This document shows positions 20,742-30,761 of a stretch of DNA of 32,000 nucleotides, in pieces. The stretch is from Candidatus Saccharimonadota bacterium (lineage in GTDB: Bacteria > Patescibacteriota > Gracilibacteria > BD1-5 > UBA6164). Numbering within the stretch: the stretch's first letter is position 1; every line of letters begins with the position of its first letter. The position numbers were made by a program, and so were the translations under genes. Location: assembly GCA_965227835.1 (NCBI GenBank), contig OZ245768.1, positions 1,020,001 through 1,052,000 on the forward strand, read 5' to 3'. The notes under the pieces are model-generated. The model made no database searches. It saw only the letters and a program-made list of their open reading frames with translations, and was not told the DNA's origin.

Positions 20742-21023
20742 AAAAAAAGAAAAACCTCGATTGTTCTGCAGAACAATCGAGGCTGGCACGGATCAAAAAT
20801 CCGTGTGCAAATCTAAAAAATTTTGGTTTCAGGTATTAGGTATGCTAAGTATTTAGATTTGACTTAAATTTGGCTACCTCAACTACTGTAGCACTAATTT
20901 ACTTAGACGATACCCGGAAATGATTTTTTTCAGATTCATCCCCAACCTTTTTCTTCAATCCCCGAACCGTTAGAATCTGAATTTCTAAATTAGGTTCGTT
21001 TGAATCGTTTTGGTTAACAATTA
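20742..21023 (-). ncRNA. Unclassified structured RNA, paralog B (about 280 nt)
   Basis: It has the same architecture as RNA A, with a promoter at 21030-21057. The terminator is CCTCGATTGTTCTG/CAGAACAATCGAGG (20755-20782) plus a U-rich run. It shares 3' motifs with RNA A: AAGTCAAATCT, TTTGCACACG and a hairpin before the terminator. Confidence 0.6.
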
Positions 21024-21029
21024 AAAGTA

Positions 21030-21057
21030 ATTATAATTTTTATATAACTAAAGTCAA
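21030..21057 (-). promoter_or_regulatory. Sigma70-like promoter of RNA B
   Basis: On the minus strand, TTGACT (21057-21052), a 16-nt spacer, then TATAAT (21035-21030). The sequence context is almost identical to the RNA A promoter. Confidence 0.65.
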
Positions 21058-21222
21058 ATTTATTACAAAAAACTTTTTTATCATCTCCAAAAATACCTTT
21101 ATAAAGCAATAATCTTTATTTTATTTTTTATTCTTGAAGACATCCAAATGCTATATTTTAATAAAAAATATCTGTACTTTGTATAATTTTATTGTACAAT
21201 ATATGTTTGTTTTTTATAAAAA

Positions 21223-23138
21223 CTAGCTAGGAGAAGTACTTACTACTTGTTCTTCATAATAGCTAGCAAGAACCTGTATTCATACATGTTCCATTCAAGC
21301 AAAAAATAATCATTGACCTACAGAGGCATTTAAAAGTATATATTTTTCTTGTTCTGTGAGTTTAAATATATTTTGAAGTGAATCTATAGAGGCACTGGAT
21401 TGCTTTAAAAGAAGTTGGATTGATGAGTTTGTAACTATAGGTTTTCAGTAAGTTGAGGCTATGAAATCTTCTATATCTTGAGTTATAGTCGTAATTCCTA
21501 GATTATATTTTCTAGCTCTTTTTACCAAACCAAAAAGAAATTTAGCAGAATCATCATGTTGCATAACATTCCAAGCTTCATCTATAACTAAAAGTCTTTT
21601 TTTAGAACTAGATCTTACCTTATTCCATATATAATTTAGTATTACATACATGGCTGTAGGTCTCATTATATCACTTAAATCTCTTACAGAAAATACTTGT
21701 AGTCACTCTTTTAAATCTATATTTGTTTCTTTACTAAAAATACCTGAAAATATTCAATTGGTATATTTTTCAAGTTTCAAAACTAAAGGGCCAGCTCAAT
21801 CCATAGTTTCTAATACATCTTGTAAGTCTTTCATTATAGGCATCTGTTTACCAGTAGCATCGTCATTTTCCATAGTAATTCATTTTAGACTATATGCAGT
21901 TATTATAGCTTTTTCCATTACAGATTCTTCAGTAGCATCAAGTTTACCAAGCATCAAATTCATAAGTCAAAGTACAGATATGACGGCAGATCTCAAAAGA
22001 TCACCAGGTTTTTCATCTCTATCTTTTAATCATAAAGGTAAATCAAAGGGATTTATTCTTTGGTTTGAGTTTAGTGATACATCCAAATAACTTCATCATA
22101 CAGTATCTATAAGAGCTTTATATTCATTTTCAGGATCTATAACTATTACATCAACTCACATCATCAAGCTTCTTAGTATTTCAAGTTTTACAGCAAAAGA
22201 TTTACCTCAACCAGATTTAGCAAATACACACATATTTGCATTTTCACTTTTAAATCTATCAAAAAGTATCAAAGAGTTGTTGTGTGTATTTACTCAATAC
22301 AATATACCGTCATCATGTGAAAGTGTAGAACTTGAAAATGGGAAAGTAGTTGAAATACCTCATGTAGACATATTTCTGTATACTCAAATTTCATCTTTGG
22401 CAAAAGGTCAGGTTGAAACAAAACCTTGCATACTTCTAAGGTAAGCTTGTTTTTGTAATACATTTCTTCCAGAAAGTATGGTTTCTATATTTTTCAAATT
22501 TTATCTAGTTGATCTAAAGAATCAGAATATATGGTTATATATATTGATAGGTGAAAATATTTTTCTTCTCATCTAGTAAGTTTGTGTCTAAGTTCTTCTA
22601 CATCTTGGATTTGGGCATCTATGGCAGGATCATTTATCAATCATTTATCTGCATTCATACTTCTTTCAGAATTTAGCTGAACCAGTCTTTTTTTTAGGAA
22701 TTTTTGGACAAATGCTGAATCAATAGGATATGTAAAAAGACTCATATCAAATTTTACATCTAGGTTTATCAGAGGAGAAAGCCAGTTTCATTCTAAAAAT
22801 GTAGGGTATGAATATACAAAAAATGTTTTTGCATATGTATTGTTTATATGAATATAGTTTGGTGCTTCTTTTAGAAAAGCTGGAGATATAGCATCTTTCA
22901 GAAAAGCTAGAGCTTCTTTATATTCTTTCTCTGTATCTAGTAGCTTTTGTTTTTCTTCTTTACTTAATTTTTCATCTGTTTTTTCAACTTTTTCTATTGT
23001 TTCTTTTGTTTTTTTTGTTTCATTTTCTTCTTTTTGTTTTTTAAGTGTATCCTTTGGTATATCTACTTCAAATCAACTTATGTCTCCAGTATATCTTTTT
23101 TTTACGAGTTCAAGCAATTTTTCGTTTTTGTTTGACAT
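21223..23138 (-). pseudogene. VirB4/TrbE/CagE-family type IV secretion ATPase, interrupted by a 1-nt frameshift near 22496-22502
   Basis: The N-terminal ORF runs from ATG 23138 to TAG 22485-22487 (217 aa). The ATPase frame opens after TAA 22501-22503 and runs to TAG 21223-21225. Walker A is FAKSGGGKSFAVK, Walker B is RLLVIDEAW, and IDPENEY, INPFDL and ITTITQDIEDF are also present. The track ORF 21445..21666 is an internal fragment. Confidence 0.8.
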
Positions 23139-23273
23139 TCTTGGCAGTTTACTAGTAAATTTTTGTTTATTTTATACTTCTATAATCCTTTGTAAAGCTT
23201 CTTAATGTTTTTTAGGTTGTCAAAAATATTAATAATTGCTTAATAGTTTTTATTTAAAGAAAATTCATTGATT

Positions 23274-23444
23274 TTAGAAATTATTTTTTATATAAAAACC
23301 AGCCTTGAATTTTCAAGGCTGGTTTACACCACTGATATTGTTATCATTTTGATTCTTCTTAGAAAGTAACACACAAAGAGTTACAGCAAAAAGAATAATA
23401 ACAACTATTGGAAACAATGATGGGGGATCAATTCCAGGAAACAT
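23274..23444 (-). CDS. Mini-protein with one TM helix (43 aa to the first TGA, 56 aa under code 25)
   Basis: The RBS AAAGGAGTAAGTTATT precedes the ATG at 23444. The product is MFPGIDPPSLFPIVVIILFAVTLCVLLSKKNQNDNNISGVNQP. TGA at 23313-23315 sits inside the terminator hairpin, and the next TAA is at 23274-23276. Confidence 0.5.
23285..23324 (-). terminator. Intrinsic terminator after the mini-gene cluster
   Basis: AACCAGCCTTGAA (23297-23309) pairs with TTCAAGGCTGGTT (23312-23324), followed on the minus strand by TTTTTATATAAAAAAT. Confidence 0.7.
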
Positions 23445-23491
23445 AATAACTTACTCCTTTTTTTTAGGGTGTTTTAATTTTCAAAAAATCA

Positions 23492-23575
23492 TTATTTTTT
23501 GAAAAATGATTTTACCCACATAATAGCTATGAAGGCAACAAGAAAGCCAAAGATCAAAAAAAATATAGTTCCCAT
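23492..23575 (-). CDS. Mini-protein, 27 aa, single TM helix
   Basis: The RBS AAAGGAGTATAAAT precedes the ATG at 23575. The product is MGTIFFLIFGFLVAFIAIMWVKSFFKK, ending in TAA at 23492-23494. Confidence 0.5.
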   Translation of the reverse strand: MGTIFFLIFGFLVAFIAIMWVKSFFKK

Positions 23576-23631
23576 ATTTATACTCCTTTAATTGGAAAGA
23601 AAAATGAAATTAAAATGCAAAAATAAAATTT

Positions 23632-23808
23632 TTAAATTTGTATTTCACAGGTATTGTAAAGAGTAATTCCTTTATGTCAATATTTTTTAAGTTTACGCTT
23701 CTTTCGAATCCTTCCATCAAGAAAACAACCTAAAGAATAACCTATTATAGAACCGAAAATAAACACAAACAAGAATATGTAAATTAATTCTTTCAATTCA
23801 TACTCCAT
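23632..23808 (-). CDS. Mini-protein with one TM helix (43 aa to the first TGA, 58 aa under code 25)
   Basis: The RBS AAAGGAGTTCTTTGAAT precedes the ATG at 23808. The product is MEYELKELIYIFLFVFIFGSIIGYSLGCFLDGRIRKKRKLKKY. TGA is at 23677-23679 and the next TAA is at 23632-23634. Confidence 0.5.
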
Positions 23809-23896
23809 ATTCAAAGAACTCCTTTTTAAAAAGAAATGATAAATAAAAAAGTGAAATTTAACTTGTAAATTTCAAGGAGTTTTTAATAAATAATTT

Positions 23897-24370
23897 TTAT
23901 TTGTCAAAAATTTTATCAGTGAAAAGTATTCAATCTAAATGATCTATTTCGTGTTGTACTATTCTAGAGGAGAGTTCTCCTAAAATTAAGACTCTATCTT
24001 TAATCTTATTATCTTTGTAAGATATTTTTATACTATTATATCTTTCCACCTTTCATTTTTCTCAGGGAAGTGACAAACATCACTCTTCACATACATTTGT
24101 TTCTAAAGAATGGTCTAATATCTTTGGATTTATCATCATAATTGTAGAAAAATCTTTATCTTCCCAATTTTTTAATAAACTCACAACTATTATTCTCTTA
24201 TTATATCATACTTGAGGTCCTGCAAGTCATACTCAAGAATTTTTAGGGTTTTTGATATATTTAATCATTTCTTTACCTAATTTAATATATTTTTTATAAT
24301 CTTTAGCTTGTATTTCTTCGCTTATTTTTCTAAGTATTTCATTTTGATTTCCAGTTTGTATAGATAGCAT
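23897..24370 (-). CDS. def: Peptide deformylase
   Basis: 157 aa with all three signature motifs: GVGLAGPQVG, EEGCLSLPG and QHEIDHLDG. Confidence 0.94.
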
Positions 24371-24412
24371 AATATATTTTAAGATACATATAATAATAAA
24401 TACTATTATAGT

Positions 24413-24440
24413 AAAAAAATCTAGCCTGGCTAGATTTTTT
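24413..24440. terminator. Bidirectional-looking hairpin terminator downstream of the giant repeat gene
   Basis: AAAAAAATCTAG-CCTGG-CTAGATTTTTT, that is, an A-run, a stem-loop, then a T-run. Confidence 0.6.
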
Positions 24441-24523
24441 ACTTTTGTTATATTCTAATTACATATACTGTTAACCTATTAATTCCTATCCTGTATTTAT
24501 TTTGTATTAACATTATTATGTTT

Positions 24524-27500
24524 TTATTTCGTTTTAGTCATCTCAATCATTTTTCATAAAATATTTCATCTGTTGTTTATTATTACATCATAACCCAATA
24601 TCTTAAATCATTTATCATTGTCATTTGAATCATTTATAGGATTTAAATATATTCATTTAGAACTAGCACCATCTATTCATTTCAAACTATAATTAATAAC
24701 CTTATTTGTCTCTAAATTCTCCAACATAAGTATGTAATCATTACTTCTAAAATCAAATGTATAACTTCAAGTCGTATCATCTTTTAATTCAAGGTTTCAT
24801 CAAGTATCAATACTTATATATCATTCTCAATTTATTGATCAGGTAAGTGTCTCTAATCTCTTGAATTCCCTATATTCTTTATATCTCTCTTTATCTACCT
24901 TAATCAATTGTAATTCTGCTTGTCATGAAACTTCCAAATGAATAAATCAATTTTCTACTTCTCATAGTTTTTCGTTGAAAGAATCTGTATTGTTTGGATT
25001 GTCTTCTATGTATTTTTCTATTATGTAGTTATTCCAAAATATATTTTTTGTAACTAATGGGTAAACATATCAATTTATAGTTTTTCTAGTTTCATTGTCA
25101 TTGTCTTCATATTCTAAGGGTTTTACTATTCTTACTGTATCTGTTTCTTCAAGTTCGGTAGAGTTATTGGCATAATCGTAGGCTATTATTTTGTGTTTGT
25201 ATCTATGTCAGTTTTCTCCATTGTCTTTTGTGTAGGTCATTTCAAAAAGATTGTCATTAAGGTCTATATTGTCTTTTGTATATATCTTTTTCCAAGCTCA
25301 TAGATTATCAGATTCATATAGTTCTATTTTACTTAGTTTGCTTCATCATGTGTCTTTTGCTTTAAATGTTATGTCATAACTTCCTGTCTCTATGGCTCAA
25401 AGTACATAATTTAAATATAGACTGTCTGGTTTTATTTTATCTAGTTTGTAATGTCAGTTCCAAGTATATGTGTTTCAAGCTCAGTCTTTGGCACATAGAT
25501 AAAGTATGTGGCTTCCATTTGTTTTTTGAATTATAGTGTTTCAATTATTGAAATTGGTTCAGTCCCAACAGTGTGAATTGTTCCATCTGTATTTCTTTAC
25601 TGATAATCCACTTCATCATGTGTCTGATACTGATAGTTTAATTGATATGTCTGAGTTCTTCCATGATGCTGAATTATTGTCGGCTGATGCCTTAGGATTT
25701 GTATTGTCTAGTTTTAATACAAAATTTCATGTACTACTGGCATTTCAAGCATTATCCCATGTTTGGTATCTAATGGTGTTATTGTAGTTGCCAGATTTTG
25801 TTATAGTTGTTCAGGTTGTTCAAGTTGATAGATTACAACTGCTTCACTCACACCATTTTGTTGTCTTTACTCCAGATCATCATGAATCACTTGGGGATAA
25901 AGTTATGGTTCTTGTTCAGTTCTTCCAGATATTATTGTAAGAGTAGTTATTACTGACTGTGGGTTTGGTATTGTCTAGTTTTAGTAAAAAACTTCATATA
26001 CTACTTGTATTTCAGGCATTATCCCATGTTTGATATCTAATGGTGTTATTGTAGTTGCCAGATTTTGTTATAGTTGTTCAGGTTGTTCAAGTTGATGGGT
26101 TACAGTTATCTCACTGACACCATTTTGTTGTCTTTATTCCAGATCATCATGAATCACTTGGGGATAAATTTATGGTTCTTGTTCAGTTCTTCCAGGTATC
26201 ATTGTAAGAGTAGTTATGGCTAACAGTAGGTTTTGTCTTATCTATTCTATATTTTCAACTCCAGGTTTGTGTGTTTCAGGCTCAATCTTTGGCACATAAA
26301 TACAGTGTGTTATTTCAGGCTGTACTTCTAGTTATAGTATTTCAGTTATTGAATGTAGTTCAATTCCAACAGTCTGAATTGTTCCATCTGTATTTCTTCA
26401 ATGATAATCAACTTCATCATGTATCCGATGCCGATAATTTAATTGATATGTCTGAGTTCTTCCAGGTTGTGCTTGAATTTGTTGCCGAAATACTAGGTTT
26501 AGTCTTGTCTAGTTTATATTTTCAACTCCAGGTTTGTGTGTTTCAGGCTCAATCTTTGGCACATAAATACAGTGTGTTATTTCAGGCTGTACTTCTAGTT
26601 ATAGTATTTCAGTTATTGAATGTAGTTCAATTCCAACAGTCTGAATTGTTCCATCTGTATTTCTTCAATGATAACCCACTTCATCATGTATCCGATGCCG
26701 ATAATTTAATTGATATATTTGAATTCTTCCAGGTTGTGCTTGAATTTGTTGCCGAAATACTAGGTTTTGTCTTATCTATTCTATATTTTCAACTCCAGGT
26801 TTGTGTGTTTCAGGCTCAATCTTTGGCACATAAATACAGTGTGTTATTTCAGGCTGTACTTCTAGTTATAGTATTTCAGTTATTGAATGTAGTTCAATTC
26901 CAACAGTCTGAATTGTTCCATCTGTATTTCTTCAATGATAACCCACTTCATCATGTATCCGATGCCGATAATTTAATTGATATATTTGAATTCTTCCAGG
27001 TTGTGCTTGAATTTGTTGCTCAAATACTGGGTTTTGTATTGTCTAGTTTATATGTTCAACTCCATGTCTGTGTGTTTCAAGCTCAATCCCTAGCACATAA
27101 ATACAGTGTGTTATTTCAGGCTGTACTTCTAGTTATAGTGTTTCAATTATTGAATGTAGTTCAATTCCAACAGTCTGAATTGTTCCATCTGTATTTCTTC
27201 AATGATAATCAACTTCATCATGAATCTGATACTGATAACTTAATCGATATATCCGATTTCTTCCATGAACTACTAGAATTTGTCGCTGAAATACTAGGCT
27301 TGGTATTATCTATCTTTAGATTAATACTTCATACAGTACTAGAATATCACATGTTATCCCATGTTTGATATCTAATTGTATTGTTATAGTTTGCATATTT
27401 TGTTATGGTTGTTCAAACATTTCAGTTTGATATATTACAAGCACTTCACTCACACCATTTGGTAGTCTTTATTCCAGATAATGAATCTTTCGGATATAGA

Positions 27501-29311
27501 GTTATGGTTTTTGATGAACCATTTTTCCAAATATTACTGTAAGAATAATTATGAGTTATACTAGGAATATTTCTATCTATTCTATATTTTCAGCTCCATG
27601 TTTGCATATTTCAAGCTCAATCTTTAGTACATAAATATAGAGTATGATCTCAACTGTTAGCTTGAACTATGTATTTTCAATTATTAAACATAGTTCATCA
27701 ATTCCAACAGTCCGAATTATTCCACCTATATTTCTTTAATGATAATCCACTTCATCATGTGTCTGAAGCTGATAATTTAATTGTGATATTTCAGTATTTC
27801 CATGAGTTGCTAGAATTTGTTGCCGAGGTAGTAGGTTTTGTCTTATCTAGCTTATATGTTCAACTCCATGTCTGTGTATTTCAGGCTCAATCCCTAGCAC
27901 ATAAATATAGTGTATTACTTCAAGTTGTACTTCTAGTTATAGTATTTCAATTATTAAATGTAGTTCCATTCCAGCAATTTGAATTGTTCCATCTATATTT
28001 CTTTAATGATAATCAACTTCATCATGTATCTGATGCTGATAGTTTAATCGATATATCCGATTTCTTCCATGAACTACTAGAATTTGTCGCTGAAATACTA
28101 GGCTTGGTATTATCTATCTTTAGATTAATACTTCATACAGTACTAGAATATCACATGTTATCCCAAGTTTGATATCTAATAGTATTGTTGTAGTTTGCAT
28201 ATTTTGTGATGTTTGTTCAGATTGTTCAAGTTGATGGATTACAGCTACTTCATTGACACCATTTTGTTGTCTTTATTCCAGATAATGAGTCTTTTGGATG
28301 TAGGGTTATGGTTTTTGATGAACCATTTCTCCAAATATTACTGTAATAATAATTATGACTAATTATTGGGGATGTTCTATCTATCCTATAATATCAAGAC
28401 CATCTTCTTGAATTTCAAGCATTATCTCTAGTACATACATAGAGTATATTATTATAGTCTGAAGTTTGTGTTATTTTATTTCAATTATTAAAATAAGTAC
28501 CTCCATTCCAACAATCTGAATTATTCCATCTATATCTTCAATCATAATAATTATAAACACTTCTATATCTCCACTCTGAGGTGAATCAAAGGCTATATCT
28601 ATATTTTTCTGTATGAGAATAAACTTTATATTTCGATAATCCACTTCATCATGAATCTGAAGCTGATAAAGTAATTGATATATCTGATTTTCTCCATGAA
28701 CTACTAGAATTTGAACCATAACCACTAGGCAGTGTTTTATCTAACCTATATGTTCAGTTCCAAGTTTGAGTGTTTCAAGCTCAATCTTTGGCACATAAAT
28801 ACAAAGTACTGCTTCAATCTGTACTTTTAGTTATAGTGTTTCAATTATTGAATGTAGTTCAATTCCAACAATCTGAATTGTTCCATCTATATTTCTTTAC
28901 TGACAATCAACTTCATCATGAATCTGAAGCTGATAAAGTAATTGATATATCTGATTTTCTCCGTGAACTACTAGAATTTGTCGCTGAAATACTAGGTCTT
29001 GTATCATCATATTTTCTACATTTTATTTTTGTTCAATTTTTTCAAATAACTCTGTCTTCACCATCACACATAGTCATAGTTCCTTTGGAAGTACTTTTTT
29101 CATAATCCGAACTTGAATAATAATTATGGGTATTGCAAGTATAAGATGTTCAAGATTTATATGTATCTGAGTCTCTAGGAACACTACTTGATCAACAATC
29201 TGTACCCTCATTTGGTCATCATCAATAAATAGTTGTTAAAGATGCTGAAAAAGCTAAATTATAAAATGACAGAGTAAAAAGAAAGAAGAATAATAAAAAT
29301 AATTTTTTCAT
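24524..29311 (-). CDS. Giant secreted surface protein (1595 aa) made of tandem Ig-like/beta-sandwich repeats
   Basis: ATG at 29311 and TAA at 24524-24526. I checked the frame at 28918, 27361, 26263 and 25618, and codon by codon from 25618 to 24524. The signal peptide is MKKLFLLFFFLFTLSFYNLAFSA. Type-A repeats of about 89 aa read KPSISATNSS..W.NSDISIKLSASDTGGSGLSLKKYRWNNSDCWNGTTFNNGNTI....G.NTLYLCAKDGAGNTQTW. Type-B repeats read PSI.HNYSYSNIWKNGS..ITL.P.DSLSGIKTTKWC.G..CN....G...TITK..NYNNTIRYQTWDN.G. The conserved G residues are often TGA. The long plus-strand track ORFs here are antisense artefacts. Confidence 0.85.
26261..27328. repeat. Four head-to-tail 267-bp DNA repeats, three of them nearly identical, inside the giant gene
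   Basis: The unit boundary motif CCAGGTTTGTGTGTTTCAGGCTCAATCTTTGGCACATAAATACAG recurs at 26261, 26528 and 26795, and in diverged form at 27062. The period is exactly 267 bp (89 codons). Differences cluster in three short patches. Confidence 0.9.
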
Positions 29312-29451
29312 AAAAATTAAGAATATAAATATAATATACTCTTATTCTCTCACAATTATTAAAAAAAAACAAAAAAATGTATGATTTTATTTTGAAAAAG
29401 AATTAAAAAATCTATTTAGAGAGAAAAAATAATAAAAAAATTTAAAGCTTT

Positions 29452-30024
29452 TTAATTTGTCTCAACATCACTTTGATAATTGTCATTATTAAAATTATCA
29501 TCAAATCAATCAGATTCATTATAAGAATCTTCACTTATAGTAATTTTTGTATTATCGGTGGTAAAATTTCAAATGAAATCAGGTCATGAAGATAGATTAA
29601 TGGTCTGATTATTATAGGTTGCTTTGGAAAATCAATCATGATTATCATTAAAAAAAATTTCTAAATCTTTGTTGTTGTAATCACTTAAACATATAACTTG
29701 TCCTTGTTTATCAAAAAGTGCAGATTTAATTTCTTCTCTTTTGGTAGATCCACTCATAACTATAAGTTCACTACCTAAAACAGAACCTGGACAAGATATG
29801 TTGTCTACAAATCCTCATCAGTCATTGTTTATTTCAACCACATCTTGGCTAGATGAATCTGTATTTGATTTTATATTAATATAAAACTCTTTTTCTACTT
29901 CTATACTTTGAGAATTTATCATAAGACTTACATGATTATTCATAACTACTAAAGCTAGAATTAAAGCAACACTTGTGAGTACTATAGAATACATTAAAAC
30001 ACTGGCTTTTTTTATATTTTTCAA
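29452..30024 (-). CDS. Hypothetical protein with N-terminal hydrophobic helix (possible minor pilin or pseudopilin)
   Basis: TTG start at 30024 as in the track ORF (an ATG at codon 11 is an alternative) and TAA at 29452-29454, 190 aa with TGA = Gly. The N-terminus is MKNIKKASVLMYSIVLTSVALILALVV. The C-terminus is acidic and Asn-rich. Confidence 0.55.
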
Positions 30025-30065
30025 TTTTCAAAATGGTTTAAATAAAATAAACTTTATAAAGATAA

Positions 30066-30689
30066 CTAAAAATTAAAAACTATTTTTTCTATTTTCAAGT
30101 TTCAAAGAACAGAGTATTTTTCTCAGTTTGTTTCTTTCTCATAATCAATATTTGAATATATAATTACTTCAATTATCTTTCATCAATTATATATATTTAA
30201 TTGGAAATCTTTTAATATCATATCTTCAAATATTTCATCTCTGTTAAAGCTATATTCATAGATTTTATCTGGGCTTGTATTTAGCTCTCAAAGTTCAGAA
30301 GAGCTTATTTTTCTATGGGCTAGTACTTTTTCTGAAATATTATCAATGTTGCCGTTTGGATCTACTTTTAAGGTATCTTTATCTATGAGAGCAAATATAT
30401 ATCATCACTGTTCTGGTTCTCCTGGGTCTGTTTTTAAAATCAATATATCACTTCAATCTCACTCTAAGTTATCTTTTAAAATATCACTTAATAAATATTT
30501 TTGCCTTAGAGTTCTTATTTTATACTCTACCTCATATAGAGATATAATCAATTTGGTTTTTTTATTTGTATATGATATTTCATCAAAAATACTTGCTAAG
30601 TAATTCATCAAAAACAAAAGTACTATTGCACTTATAGTTATAGCTAATATGAGTTCTACGAGTGTAAAAGCTTTTTTAGATTTAATCAT
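30066..30689 (-). CDS. Prepilin-type N-terminal cleavage/methylation domain protein (pilin or pseudopilin)
   Basis: ATG at 30689 and TAG at 30066-30068, 207 aa, translated codon by codon. The N-terminus MIKSKKAFTLVELILAITISAIVLLFL is a canonical type IV pilin motif. Confidence 0.8.
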
Positions 30690-30761
30690 ATTTTTGATTT
30701 TTTATTATCATTTTTTATAATTATTATAATAAAAATAGGGTTAATTTAAAAATTTATTTCG

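Noticed and set aside
20240-21023. 18-codon ORFs inside the two RNA genes (MNKLFIGICLSTRLFLYF and MNLKKIISGYRLSKLVLQ) as type I toxin-like peptides
   Set aside because: The peptides are not similar beyond MN. Each ATG sits inside a hairpin stem whose partner strand co-varies between paralogs, and there is no spaced RBS. RNA structure explains the conservation better.
20240-21023. The two RNAs could be tmRNA, RNase P, SRP, 6S or tRNA
   Set aside because: I find no tRNA-like acceptor/T-arm with a CCA end, no GAGGAAAGUCC-type RNase P core, no SRP GGAA/AGCA domain IV motif, and no long 5'-3' closing helix typical of 6S. This cannot be fully excluded without covariance-model searches.
22485-22503. 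Programmed -1 ribosomal frameshift in the VirB4 gene
   Set aside because: The overlap lacks an X XXY YYZ slippery heptamer in the zero frame (codons are GAT AAA ATT TGA). No downstream structure is evident either. A homopolymer indel is the simpler explanation.
25440-29030. The repeat array could be a CRISPR array or a DGR variable region
   Set aside because: The period is 267 bp with no spacer structure, and it is entirely coding. There is no reverse transcriptase or template repeat in the window, and the differences between units are not adenine-specific.
25536-29105. Long plus-strand ORFs (26271..27368 at 365 aa, 27669..28172, 28770..29105 and 25536..25787) with repetitive FQAQSLAHKY... 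sequence
   Set aside because: They are antisense shadows of the minus-strand repeat gene. The minus frame gives a signal peptide and coherent domain repeats with conserved D.GGSG and DGAGN motifs. The plus-strand peptides have no start context and odd composition.
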